Shown: positions 26,094 through 39,107, counted from the stretch's first letter. The stretch: DNA of 64,000 bases from Mobula hypostoma (GCF_963921235.1 NC_086097.1:236284001-236348000); one strand, 5' to 3'. Numbers and translations are program-made. The notes: generated from the sequence alone by a model not told the origin.

Positions 26094-26558
26094 TCTTACC
26101 CCCAGTTGCCCTGATGTAGCTTATGTAACCTTGATAAAGCACCACTTCTAAATTTCCTCCAAAGTGGAAACATGCCTTTCTTGTAGCAATGATTTCAACT
26201 AATTTGAGAATGTTCCTAACAATAACGCTAAGTTAACTATGTGACACAGCTCTTGCAGTTATAGTGACCCTGCCAACCTTACACTGACATGTTCATGTAA
26301 CACTTTATATCATGGTGCCTAATTAATAGGTCACATATTACAAACTGAGATAGGAGAAAGCTATCTATTCATAGAATTGTTCTCTGTTCATTTGAACAGT
26401 TGTAATATATATCTGTACATCAGCTATTAAAAGATATAAGGACCTCATTTATGAATTGGGTGAACAGGAATTAGTTCACTTGCAAAGATCATTATTTGTG
26501 ATATAACAATAATGCTTCTGAACTTAGCATCTATGTGTTTCCACAGAGAGGTACATAA

Positions 26559-27683
26559 GGTACGGGGGGTAAGATATTGATGTGGATAGAGAATTGGTTG
26601 GCAGACAGGAAGCAAAGAGTGGAAATAAACGGGACCTTTTCAGAATGGCAGGCAGTGACTAGTAGGGTACCGCAAGGCTCAGTTCTGAAACCCCAGTTGT
26701 TTACAATATATATTAATGACTTGGATGAGGGAATTAAATGCAACATCTCCAAGTTTGTGGATGACGCGAAGCTGGGCGGCAGTGTTAGCTGTGAGGAGGA
26801 TGCTAAGAGGATGCAGGGTGACTTGGATAGGTTAGGTGAGTGGGCAAATTCATGGCAGATGCAATTTAATGTGGATAAATGTGAGGTTATCCACTTTGGT
26901 GGCAAAATCAGGAAAACAGATTATTATTTGAATGGTGGCCGATTAGGAAAAGGGGAGGAGCAACGGGACCTAGGTGTCATTATACACCTGTCATTGAAAG
27001 TGGGCATGCAGGTACAGCAGGCGGTGAAAAAGGCGAATGATATGCTGGCATTCATAGCAAGAGTATTTGAGTACAGGAGCGGGGAGGTACTACTGCAGTT
27101 GTACAAGGCCTTGGTGGGACCACACCTGGAGTATTGTGTGCAGTTTTGGTCCACTAATCTGAGGAAAGACATCCTTGCCATAGAGGGAGTACAAAGAAGG
27201 TTCACCAGATTGATTCCTGGGATGGCAGGACTTTCATATGATGAAAGACTAGATCGACAAGGCTTAAACTCTCTGGAATTTAGAAGATTGAGGGGGGGAT
27301 CTTATTGAAACGTATAAAATCCTAAAGGGATTGGACAGGCTAGATGCAGGAAGATTGTTCCTGATGTTGGGGAAGTCCAGAATGAGGGGTCACATTTTGA
27401 GGATAAAGGGGAAGCCTTTTAGGACCGAAATTAGGAAAAACTTCTTCACACAGAGAGTGGTGAATCTGTGGAATTCTCTGCCACAGGAAACAGTTGAGGC
27501 CAGTTTATTGGCTATATTTAAGAGGGAGTTAGATATGGCCCTTGTGGCTAAAGGGATCAGGGGTATGGAGGGAAGGCTGGTACAGGGTTCTGAGTTGGAT
27601 GATCAGCCATGATCATACTGAATAGTGGTGCAGGCTCGAAGGGCCGAATGGCCTACTCCTTCACCTATTTTCTATGTTTCTAT
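26559..27683 (+). mobile_element. Young 5'-truncated CR1 (RT C-terminal half to tail)
   Basis: ORF 26577-27308 VPQGSVL..ISKFVDD; frameshift in the G run at about 27292-27298; highly similar to 51315-52440. Confidence 0.95.
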
Positions 27684-28998
27684 AACTCTTCTTGTGAGCT
27701 TTAAAAAACTAAGTATTCTGACCAGTTTTTTTTGTATGTTAAGCTGAATTTGCTTGCCACCTGAAACCAAGCAATAAGAAATTATTGTACACTCAGTGTC
27801 CATGTTATTATGTACACATGTACACCTGCACAGCTGCCCTTTAATGCAAATATCTAATCAGCCAATCATGTGGGAGCGACTGAATGCATAAAAGCATGCA
27901 GACATGGTCAAGAGGTTCAATTGTTCAGACCAGAATGGGAAAGAAACGATATCGATGTAACTGACGGTAGAATGATTGCTGGTGCCGAATGGGATGGTTT
28001 GAGTACCTCAGAAATTTCTGATCTCTTGGGATTTTTGTGCACAACAGTCTCTAGAGTTTACAGAGAATGGTGCAACAAAAAAACCAAAAAATATCCAGTG
28101 AGCAGCAGTTCTGTGGGTGAAACGCCTTTTTAATCAGAAAGGTCAGAGGAGAATGGCCCGACTGGTTCAAGCTGATAGGGAGGCTAACACTAGTATGCAG
28201 AAGAGCATTTCTAAATGGACAAAATTCAGCACTTTGAAGTGCTGGATAGGAAGGCCCCTATACCCTCCACCGAGGAGTAGACGTTCTGTCTGTCTGCAAC
28301 TGATGTGTGGAAGACCCAAGCTAGGATCAACCTAAGAAAAGCTGTTGGGCCTGTTAACATACCTAGTCGTGTTCTGAGGAACTGTGTAGCCCAGTTAACT
28401 GAGGTTCTAACCAATGTCTTCAACATCTCTCTGGAACAATCCACTGTATCCTCAGGCTTTAAGGCATCCACCATTATCCCGGTGCCCAAAAGACAGTAAT
28501 TCACCTTTGTGGCTACTGTACAGTGACACTGACCTCAACAACTATGAAGTTCTTTGAGCATCTTCTTACGGATTGCATTAATTCATATCTTGCTGCTACA
28601 GTGGACCCTTTCCAGTTTGCTTATCGCTCAAATCGGTCCACAGATGATGCTATAGCCTCTGCTCTCCAGTCCTTCCTGTCCCATCTGGAAAATAGTGCCT
28701 CATATGCCTGAATGATATGTATTGACTTCAACTTGGTATCTAATAAGATCATCTGACAGAAGCTGGTGTGTAAACTGTTCTCACTGGGCCTCAGCATCTC
28801 TCTCCGTATCTGGATCCTGAACTACTTGACAAAAAGGCCACAGTCAGTGTGTGTTTGCAGAACTATCTCTAGTTCCACCGTGCTGAGCACTGGCACTCCC
28901 CAGGGCTGCGTGCTGAGCTCACTGATGTTCATGCAGCTGACGCATGACTGCACAATGATATCCTGTTCAAACTGAATAACTATGTTTGCTGAACGCAT

Positions 28999-29210
28999 AC
29001 AACAGGAATTCTGCAGATGCGGGAAATTCAAGCAACACACATAAAAGTTGCTGGTGAACGCAGCAGGCCAGGCAGCATCTCTAGGAAGAGGTGCAGTCGA
29101 CGTTTCAGGCCGAGACGTCCTGACGAAGGGTCTCGGCCTGAAACTTCGACTACACCTCTTCCTAGAGATGCCGCCTGGCCTGCTGCGCTCACCAGCAACT
29201 TTTATGTGTG
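28999..29210. mobile_element. Fold-back PLE terminal-repeat insertion with 13-bp TSD
   Basis: Arms 29031-29116 and 29130-29215 (82/86 identical); TTGCTGAACGCAT at 28986-28998 and 29211-29223. Confidence 0.92.
29117..29150 (+). ncRNA. Minimal type I hammerhead ribozyme motif (PLE-associated)
   Basis: GTC-CTGACGA-AGG-GTCTCGG-CCT-GAAAC-TTC-GAC: core boxes intact, stem I GTC/GAC, stem II AGG/CCT; triplet is TTC where the family consensus has GTC. Confidence 0.75.
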
Positions 29211-30950
29211 TTGCTGAACGCATGATCGACAGCAGTGACGAGGCACAGTACAGAGAGGAGGTAGAACGGCTGGTGAGCATAATAACTTGAGTCTCGGCAT
29301 GGACAAGACTAAAGAGATGACTGTGAACATTAGAAAGGCCAGGCTGACCACTCCTCACAGCACATAAGCAGCTTGGAGAGAAGCAGGAGCATCAAGTTCC
29401 TGGGAATACACATAATGGACAATCTCCCCTGATCCCTCAAAGCCACCTCTTTTCTCAAGAAAGCACAGCAGCATCTCCATTTGCTGAGCAGACTGAGGCA
29501 AGAGGAGCTTCCCTCTACCCCACCTTCATTGCAACCAATTTATACAGGAGAACCATCCAAGGTGTTTTGAACAGCCGCATCACCATCAGGTATGGAAATT
29601 GCAGGACATCTGATGCAAGTTCCTACAAAGGAATGCAAGGACTACTGAGAGGATCATCGGGGTCTTTCTTCCACCCTTTAGAGATGTCATCAGGAGCACA
29701 GCCCATGCAGGGCCCTTAGCATTGTCAATAATCCCTCCCTACAAACTATGAATCCCTATCATTTGGCAGTCGGTACCATAGCATCAGGACAAGAACTGTT
29801 AGGATACAAAACAGCTTCTTCCTCTAGGCTGTAAGACTACTGAACTCCCTGCCACCACCCAGTTCTCATCACATAAGAGGCGCCAGTAGTGTTATACTGT
29901 TTACTTTTTAAATTGTATATGCTGCTTATTATTTGTTAATTTATTTGTGGTAATATTACTTTATGTGTTGTATGTGTTGTGCAACCTGGTCTGGTTGTTT
30001 CATTTAGTGGTATATATGTATATGATTGAATGATAATAAAATTAACTTGAACTTGGTGGGCTACAGCAGCAGAAGTCCAGGGATTTACACTCAGTAATAA
30101 TTGTACCAGGTGAAGAATGTATCTAATAAAGTGCCCACTGAGTGTACTTTTCAATGGTTTGGAAATATGTCAAAATTTTTGCAGAGAAGTTGTTTCATTG
30201 TTACTGTTCTCCATGATGGTGGTGGGGTGTGGGGGTGGAATTGATAGTACAGGTCTCAAAGGAACTTTTATAATAGCAATTTATGTCAAAGCAAAAGAAA
30301 CTCAAAATGCGAACATAAAAATGAACAGGCACCAAAACGTTAGACAACTATCAAGCAGATCAAGGATATTGAGCGCTTCCAAGTGTCCATACCAGTTCCT
30401 TCCATTTAAATTATGTTGCCCCGCGGGCTAAGCAGATAGATTGTATTATGAGCTGGGAAATTGTGGTAACTCTGGCTAGTTGTTAGATTTGAGAAATTAC
30501 TGGTCAACCTCGGTCAGCAATCTCAGACTTCCAAGTCTGATCCTAAACTTGTTGGCACATATGTTGAGAAATGTCATCAGAATGGGGGAGTCCAGCGGCA
30601 CCTTTCATCAAATGCATTATATGTTGGTACGATAACATCTCAGAGAAAGATTTTCAGGCAGGGCTATTTAAGTATAATAAGCTTCACGGATCAATAACAA
30701 GCTGCCAGCCTCATATGGTATTGTCCAGAAGTACTGAGACATAATAGGGGAATAGGCAAGGAGGTGGTAGATGGAATAAAGTGTGGGGAGTGTATGGTCG
30801 TGCACTTTGATAGAAGGAATAGAGCTGTAAGCTATTTTCCAAATGGGCAGAAAATTCAAAAAGTCAGAGGTGCAGAGGGACTTGGGAGTCTTCATGCAGG
30901 ATTCCCTAAAAGTTAATTTGCAGGTTGAGGCTGTGGTAAGGAACGCAAAG

Positions 30951-31216
30951 CAGTGACTGGGGTTCATTTCCTGCAGCTGTCTGTAAGGGGTTTGTATGTT
31001 CTCCCTGTGACCGTCTGTGTTTCCTCCAGGTGTTCTCGTTTCCTCGCACAGTCCAAAGATGCACCATTTGGTAGGTTAAGTGGTCATTGCAAATTGTTCT
31101 GTGATTAGACTAGGGTTAAATCAGGGGTTTTTGGATGATGCAACTCAAAGGGCAGGAAGCGCTCATTCCTCACTCTATTGCAATAAACAAACAAACAAAT
31201 AAATATGTAAATAAAA
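30951..31216 (+). mobile_element. V-SINE
   Basis: Decayed B-box, V core, (AAAC/AAAT)n tail. Confidence 0.8.
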
Positions 31217-31694
31217 ATGCTAGAATTCATTTTAAGAGGACTAGAATATAAAAGTAAGGATGTAATTCTAGGGCTTCGTAAGGCATAAGTCAGACCACAC
31301 TTGGAGTATTGTGAACAGTTTTGGGCTCCTTATCTAAAAAAGATGTGCTGGCTTTGGAGAGGGTACAAAGGAGGTTCATGAGAATAATACCAGAAATGAA
31401 AGGGTTAATGTATGAGGAGTGTTTGATGCCTCTGGGCATGTACTCGCTGGAACTCAGAAGGATGAGAGTGAGAGACGATCTCATTGAAACCTATTGAATA
31501 TTGAAAGGCCTCAATAGAGTCGATGTGGAGAGGCTGTTTCCTTGGTGGGGTCATCTCGGACCACAGGGCACTCTCTGCCTCAGAATAGAAGGACATTCCT
31601 TTGGAACAGATCATGACGAATTTCTTTAGCCAGAGGGTAGTGAATCTGTGGAATTCACTGTCACACACGGCAGTGGAGACAAATTCATTGGGTA

Positions 31695-32386
31695 TGTAAG
31701 GCTCGTTTTGTCCAGTGGCATGATCTCGGGGTGGCTCTCCCTCCCTGACCAAACCTTCGCATTTTTGTTTGGGTGGATGCTGCATGTTGTGTCCCCTGTG
31801 TAACATCAGTGCCCCAAAATAACATTCAGTCCACAATGTGCAGTTAAATGATTAAGATTGTATATTTAAGTATGAGGAGCGCAAAGCGCAGAATCAAATA
31901 TCGCTGTGATGATTGTATGTTCTAGTATCAATTGTTTGGTGACAATAAAGTATAAAGTATAAAGGTTAGTAGAGAAACAAAAGAAAAGGAAAACAAATAA
32001 AAGGTGCCAATAATCTCATAAACATGTCCAGTGCACAAACGTTGGTGCTCACGGATTCCCTGTGGCTGATCCTCCTTCACTCATCATTGACCCCTGGGCT
32101 CCCACCCTGAGCCCAGGCCCAGCGGGTCCGGCAACCATCTCCTCAAGCCACGTCTCCTTTCTTCATCCTCCTCGCGCCTTCTCCCCAAAGCCCGCGCAAC
32201 TAACAGCTTTCACACAGACAGAAAGAATAACATCTATCCAAATTGGTTAACAAATGAATACAAGTCCCGTTATCACTAATCATAATCCAAACATACTGTT
32301 ATAGAGAACCACTGTCTCAGCAGTTAACAATACAGAGGAGCCATTTTATCCACCTTAGCAGTAAAATAAAAGAAGAAACCCTTACA
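31695..32386. mobile_element. Solo LTR containing a Rex1 tail (31870-31963)
   Basis: TGTAAGG...CCTTACA inverted termini; 4-bp flanks GGTA/GGTG; the CR1 is continuous across it. Confidence 0.75.
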
Positions 32387-32421
32387 GGTGCATTTAAAGC
32401 TGAGGCTGATATGTCCTTAAA

Positions 32422-32695
32422 ATTATTTATTTATTGAGATACAGGGCAGAATAGCCCATTCCGGCCCTTTGATCCGCACCACCCAAACAATCCCCCGATT
32501 TAATCCTAACAATTTACAATACTCAATCAACCTACCAACCAGAATCTGTTTGGACTATAGGGGAAATTGGAGAACCTGGAAGAAACCTACGCAGTTATGG
32601 GGAGGATGTACAAACTCCTGACAGGCAGCGACGGGAATTGAACTCGGGGTGCTCATACTGTGTAGTGTAGTGCTCACCGGTGCACTACCATGCCG
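32422..32695 (-). mobile_element. Near full-length V-SINE
   Basis: Reverse complement starts CGGCATGGTAGTGC, B-box GAGTTCAATTCC, (AAAT)n tail. Confidence 0.8.
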
Positions 32696-34603
32696 TCAAA
32701 GGTTACAGAGAAAAGGAAGGAGAATAGAGTTGAGGAGGATAATAAATCAGGTGTGATAGAATGACAGGTAGGCCTGATGGGCCAAATGGCCTAATTCTGC
32801 TCCAAGTCTTATGGTCTTAATATGTTCAAGGTTTTGTTTTGCAAAAATTTTGACAAATTGAAATTGAATAACCTCTGTCAGTGGTTTCCTGGTGTCATTG
32901 TAGAATATTTTATACACTTTTAAGTTTTTCCTGGCATGAAGTATTATGAATCTAGCCAAAAAAAGCAAATCTGAACCAACATTTCAGAAAGCCTCCCATC
33001 CTTTTTAATGGATATGTTTAATCTAAGAAGATTACTTTAGTGGTTATACATGCCATCTGGGAAAACCAAATTGCAATATTTAATTTATAGCACTCTTAAC
33101 ATCACTTTATGAAGTTACGTAATTAAAAGCTGTGCTTAATGGCTAAACCCTTAAATAAATTATTGTTGTCTTACAATGGCCGTTAAAGTAACTTAATTAT
33201 ATAGTAATATTTTCCCTTTGGTTTAGTTAATTCTGGACACAATTCTCTAAACGCCTTTAGAGAAGCTTGTTTTTAATTTTCCTTCTACAGCTTTTGCTAG
33301 CTCACACATAGCTTCAGCTACTACTGATTGTCAAACAATTCATTTTTAATCTGCTGGATTGAATTTATTCAGCAAGTAAACGATAATTAAGAATCTCTAG
33401 ACAACCCAAATTTGGCTAACTTCTTTGGAAGTAATGAAAATATGGCCCACAAGATATGGTATCTAATGTGAAAGCACACGCCAAAATGGCACACCATTTC
33501 AATTATCTTCTGAGACTGTGCAGGAGTGATTAACGTGAATGCAGCAACCAGATATGATTTCAGGAATTGTCCATGATGTGAGAATTTGTATGGGAAATAT
33601 TTTACCATCACTGTTTGCTCTAAGCTGTGGCCACGCAGTCACTTAAATGCTTCCATGCTCACACCCTTTCATGCCTCACAGCTTGAGTCCTTTACGTAAT
33701 GTTAATATAACTTTGAAATTATAAATATGAGAAATTTTGAAATCTATGTTAATATAGTTGTGAAATACCTTGTAATAATGAATTTATGTGTTAATGAATT
33801 TTCCAAGTAAGAAAAATACCACAAACTTTACTCTGAAACATTTAAAAGCTTCAATGTATTTACATTGTCAGTGTTACAATACTGGTACAAATTGCAGCAG
33901 AATGGACATCGGTAACTCATTGATAATAAACTGCTGGCCCGCTGAACACCGATGCCCTCAAGTCAAAACATTTTACTTTTGCCATTGTGCCAGCCAATTG
34001 TTTTGACTGCCTGAAGTCACTTATTTGTATTGAGAGCTGTGGTGTCTTTTTGCATGAGCATATTACAAAGCAAAACACTGCAATTTTCAGATTGTGTAAA
34101 AATTTCCTGCTTGGTCTATGTAAAAAAAAATTAGAGAGAACGTTGTTTGCCATGGCAAATGCTTTTAAAGTGGTTCTCAACTAGAACCAAACTGAAATTC
34201 AAGGTTCTAATACATCATCTCTCTGCTCTCTCCCGTAAGACAGAAGGTACAACAGCATTGGAAGCATGTACCACCAGGCTAAAGAGTAGCTTCTGTTTCA
34301 CGGTATTTATGTATATTACACTGTTCTATGCATATGAACTAATTCCTGTATATATATATAGTTTATTTTTACAATGTTCTCTATGTTTATTGTATTTTTT
34401 ATGCTGTGTTGCATCTGGAGTAACAGTCATTTCATCCTCCTTTACACTTGTGTACTGAAGAATGGCAGTAACAATCTTGAATAATATCATTGAGAGTCCC
34501 TGAGACAATAAAGATAATTTTTTCTATCCTCAGCCTACCTCAGTGTAGCTTTGCACCTTATTATCTGCTTAAACAGTACTTTCTCTGTATTGTTTTCCCG
34601 ATT

Positions 34604-35110
34604 TAAGACATAGCAGCAGAATTAGGCCATCTGGCCCATTGAGTCTGCTCCGCCATTCATCCATGGCTGATCCTTTTTTTTATACCTCCTCCTCAACCCC
34701 AGTTCCCGGCCTTCTCCCCATAACCTTTGATGCCGTGCCCAATCAAAAACCTTATCAATCTCTGCCTTAAATACACCCGACAACCTGGCCTCCACAGCTG
34801 CATGTGGCAACAAATTCCACAAATTCACCCCCCTTTGGCTAAAGATGTTTCTCCACATCGCTGTTTTGAAAGGGCGCCCCTCTATTCTGAGGCTGTGCCC
34901 GCTTGTCCTAGACTCTCTCACCATGGTAAACATCTTCTCCACATCCACTCTGGCTAGGCCTTTCAACATTCAAAAGGTTTCAATGAGATTCCCCCCTCAT
35001 CCTTCTGAATTCCAGCGAGTACACACCCAGAGCCATCAAACGTTCCTCGTATGATAATCCTTTCATTCCTGGAATCATCCTTATGAACATCCCTCTTCAA
35101 TGCCACCACA
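34604..35110 (-). mobile_element. CR1 3' fragment
   Basis: ORF 34622-34969 MLKGLARVDVEKMF..GHSLRIEGRPFK..FSQRGVNLWN. Confidence 0.9.
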
Positions 35111-35219
35111 ACCTCTGTCAGCAGAGTGGATGCTCAGTTTGGAAGATTAGTACATAGCAGCTGCTCTGCAAAACATGAACAAAGACTCACCTGCAGAGTG
35201 TTGTTCACCAAATTAGGCG

Positions 35220-35560
35220 TATTAGCACTGTCATATGTCATGAAATGTAATAATTTGTGGTAGCAGTATAGTGCAAGACATAAAAAATATCTGTAAGTTA
35301 CAATTTACAAAAACCTGGAGCAACAGAGGAATAATGAGGTAGAGCTCATGGACCATTCAGAAATATAATGATGGAGGGGAAGAAGCTATTCTTAAAAGAT
35401 TGAGTGTGGGTCTTCAGGCTCCTGTTACTCCACCTCAATAGTAGTGATGAGAAAAGGGCATCTCCTACATGATGAGAGCCCTGAATGATGATGCTGCCTT
35501 CTTGAGGTACTGTCTTTTTGCAGATGTCCTCACTGGTGCTAAATTTCATCATTGTCTTCT
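35220..35560 (-). mobile_element. Rex1-type 3' fragment
   Basis: SIIIQGSHHVGDALFS..RSLKTHTQSFKNSFFP. Confidence 0.7.
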
Positions 35561-35885
35561 GTTGCAAATAACCGAAAACTGTGCCAGTGAGGGGAACCCC
35601 TGATCCTTTGCATTAAAATGTATTTGGTGAAGATCTAGTGCCTTATGCTTGAGTTTCATAAACAACACATTGAACATGAGTTGCCGTGCAGAAAAGGGAG
35701 AAAGATAGAGAGAAAATTGATATTATTCTACACTCCCCTCACCTGATGTGTTGCTGGTACAAGAATTGTCAAACAACATAAGATATAGAAGCAGAATTAG
35801 GCCTTTTCTCCACTATTTCATCATGGTTGATTTAGTTTCCCTCTCAAACCCAATCTCCTGCTTTCTGCCCGTATCCCTCCATGCC

Positions 35886-38800
35886 ATAGAACCATAGAAC
35901 CATAGAAACTACAGCCACAGAAACAGGCCTTTTGGCCTTTCTTGGCTGTGCCGAACCATTTTCTGCTTAGTCCCACTGACCTGCACACGGACCATATCCC
36001 TCCATACACCTCCCATCCATGTATCTGTCCAATTTATTTTTAAATGTTAAAAAAGAACCCGCATTTACCACCTCGTCTGGCAGCTCATTCCATACTCCCA
36101 CCACTCTCTGTGTGAAGAAGCCCAACCTAATGTTCCCTTTAAACTTTTCCCCCCCTCACCCTTAACCCATGTCCTCTGGTTTATTTCTCCCCTTGCCTCA
36201 GTGGAAAAAGCCTGCTTGCTTTCACTCTGTCTATACCCATCATAATTTTATATACCTCTATCAAATCTCCCCTCATCCTTCTACGCTCCAGGGAATAAAT
36301 TCCTAACCTATTCAACCTTTCTCTGTAACTGAGTTTCTCAAGTTCCGGCAACATCCTTGTAAACCTTCTCTGCACTCTTTCAAACTTATTTATATCCTTC
36401 CTGTAATTTGGTGACCAAAACTGAACACAATACTCCAGATTTGGCCTCACCAATGCCTCATACAACCTCATCGTAACATTCCAGCTCTTATACTCAATAC
36501 TTTGATTAATAAAGGCCAATGTACCAAAAGCTCTCTTTACGACCCTATCTACCTGTGACACCACTTTTAGGGAATTTTGTATCTGTATTCCCAGATCCCT
36601 CTGTTCTACTGCACTCCTCAGTGCCTTACCATTAACCCTGTATGTTCTACCTTGGTTTGTCCTTCCAACGTGCAATACCTCACACTTGTCTGTATTAAAC
36701 TCCATCTGCCATTTTTCAGTCCATTTTTCCAGCTGGTCCAAATCCCTCTGCAGGCTCTGAAAACCTTCCTCACTGTCTACTACACCTCCAATCTTTGTAT
36801 CATCAGCAAATTTGCTGATCCAATTTACCACATTATCATCCAGATCATTGATATAGATGACAAATAACAATGGACCCAGCACTGATCTCTGTGGCACACC
36901 ACTAGTCACAGGCCTCCACTCGGAGAAGCAATTCTCTACCACCACTCTTTGGCTTCTTCCATTGAGCCAATGTCTAATCCAATTTACCACTTCTCCATGT
37001 ATACCTAGCGAATGAATTTTCCTAACTAACCTCCCATGCGGGACCTTGTCAAAGGCCTTACTGAAGTCCATGTAGACAATATCCACTGCCTTCCCTTCAT
37101 CCACTTTCCTGGTAACCTCCTCGAAAAACTCCAACAGATAGGTCAAACATGATCTACCACGCACAAAGCCATGTTGACTCTCCCTAATAAGTCCCTGTCT
37201 ATCCAAATGCTTGTAGATTCTGTCTCTTAGTACTCCCTCCAATAACTTACCTACTACCGACGTTAAACTTACTGGCCTATAATTTCCCGGAACAACGGAA
37301 CAACATGAGCCATTCTCCAATCCTCCGGCACCTCACCTGTAGACAGCAACATTTTAATTACTTCTGCCAGGGCCCCTGCAATTTCAACACTAATCTCCTT
37401 CAAGGTCCGAGGGAACACCCTGTCAGGTCCCGGGGATTTATCCACTTTAATTTTCCTCAAGACAGCAAGCACCTCCTCCTTTTCGATCTGTACAGTTTCC
37501 TTGATCTCACTACTTGTTTCCCATAATTCCATAGACTTCATGCCAGTTTCCTTAGTAAATACAGATGCAAAAAACCTATTTAAGATCTCCCCCATTTCCT
37601 TTGGTTCCGCACATAGCCGACCACTCTGATCTTCAAGAGGACCAATTTTATCCCTTACAATCCTTTTGCTCTTAATATACCTGTAAAAGCTGTTTGGATT
37701 ATCCTTCACTTTGACTGCCAAGGCAACCTCATGTCTTCTTTTAGCCCTCCTGATGTCTTTCTTAAGTATTTTCTTGCACTTCTTATACTCCTCAAGCACC
37801 TTATTTACTCCCTGCTTCCTATCCATGTCATACAACTCCCTCTTCTTCTTTATCAGAGTTGCAATATCCCTTGAGAACCAAGGTTCCTTATTCCTATTCA
37901 CTTTGCCTTTAATCCTGACAGTAACATACAAATTCTGCACTCTCAAAATTTCTCCTTTGAAGGCTTCCCACCTACCGATCACATCCTTGCCAGAGAACAA
38001 CCTATCCCAATCCACGCTTTTTAGATCCTTTCTCATTTCTTCAAATTTGGCCTTCTTCCAGTACAGAACCTCAACCTTAGGACCAGATCTATCCTTGTCC
38101 ATGATCAAGTTGAAACTAATGGTATTATGATCACTGGAACCGAAGTGCTCCCCTACACAGACTTCTGTCACTTGTCCTAACTTGTTTCCTAACAGGAGAT
38201 CCAATATTGCATCCCCTCTAGTTGGTCCCTCTATATATTGATTTAGAAAACTTTCCTGAACACATTTTACAAACTCTAAACCACCTAGACCCCTAACAGT
38301 ATGGGAGTCCCAATCAATATATGGAAAATTAAAATCCCCTACCACCACAACTTTATGTTTCCTGCAGTTGCCTGCTATCTCTCTGCAGATTTGCTCTTCC
38401 AATTCTCATTGACTATTGGGTGGTCTGTAATACAATTCCACTAATGTGGCCATACCTTTCCTGTTTCTCAGCTCCACCCATAAGGACTCAGTAGACAAGC
38501 CCTCTAATCTGTCCTGCCTGAGCACTGCTGTAATATTTTCCCTAAAAAGCAATGCTACTCCCCCACCTTTCATTCCTCTGCCTCGATCACATCTGAAACA
38601 TCGGAACCCTGGAATATTAAGCTGCCAGTTCTGCCCCTCCTGTAGCCAAGTTTCACTAATTGCTATAACGTCATAATCCCACGTGTCAATCCACGCCCTC
38701 AACTCATCCGCCTTCCCTGCAACACTCCTAGCATTGAAATATATACACCTCAGAAGATTTTTACCACCACTCACAACCTTCCTATTAGCAGATTTGCTTG

Positions 38801-39107
38801 AACTTTTAACATCATTTATTTTCACCCCAGCCACACTGTCAGCTCTGGCACTCTGGTTCCCATCCCCCTGCAAATCTAGTTTAAAGCCTCCCCAATAGCA
38901 CTAACAAACCTCCCTGAAAGGATATTGGTCCCCCTGTAGTTCAAGGTCCCACCTGCCCCAGAAGAGGTCCCATTGATCCTGAAATCTGAAACCCTGCCCC
39001 CTACACCAGTTCCTCAGCCACTTGTTCATCCTCCAGAGCATCCTATTCCTACCCTCACTGGCACGTAGCACAGGTAGCAATCCTGAGATTACCACCCTCG
39101 AGGTCCT
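35886..39107 (-). mobile_element. Young CR1 with nearly complete ORF2 (APE + RT) and the ORF1 3' part
   Basis: ORFs 38406-38873, 37269-38402, 36181-37320: YFNARS, ISETW, GDFN, SDH, SPGPD, DFSKAFD, KFADD; (ATGGTTCT)n tail. Confidence 0.96.

Larger units (their letters stand above)
28242..30055 (+). mobile_element. Degenerate Rex1/Babar LINE (RT to tail)
   Basis: KAVGPVNIPSRVLRNC..IIPVPK, DPFQFAYRSNRSTDDAI, TGTPQGCVLS; (ACTTGA)n tail. Confidence 0.9.
27790..30144 (+). mobile_element. Tc1-like non-autonomous DNA transposon, interrupted by Rex1
   Basis: TA|CACTCAGTG.. and ..CACTGAGTG|TA termini; HTH remnant GLSTSEISDLLGFLCTTVSRVYREW. Confidence 0.85.
30738..32820 (+). mobile_element. Old CR1 3' portion with three nested insertions
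   Basis: Degenerate QRDLGV..RPHLEYCEQFWAP..DLIETY; resumes after SINE, LTR and SINE. Confidence 0.8.

Noticed and set aside
28822..29358. Overlapping ORFs on both strands with repeated ATHIKVAGERSRPG peptides
   Set aside because: Artefact of the 86-bp inverted repeat
37711..38130. Antisense ORFs over CR1 (also 26531-26905, 51257-51661)
   Set aside because: Shadow frames of CR1 ORF2 with no independent evidence
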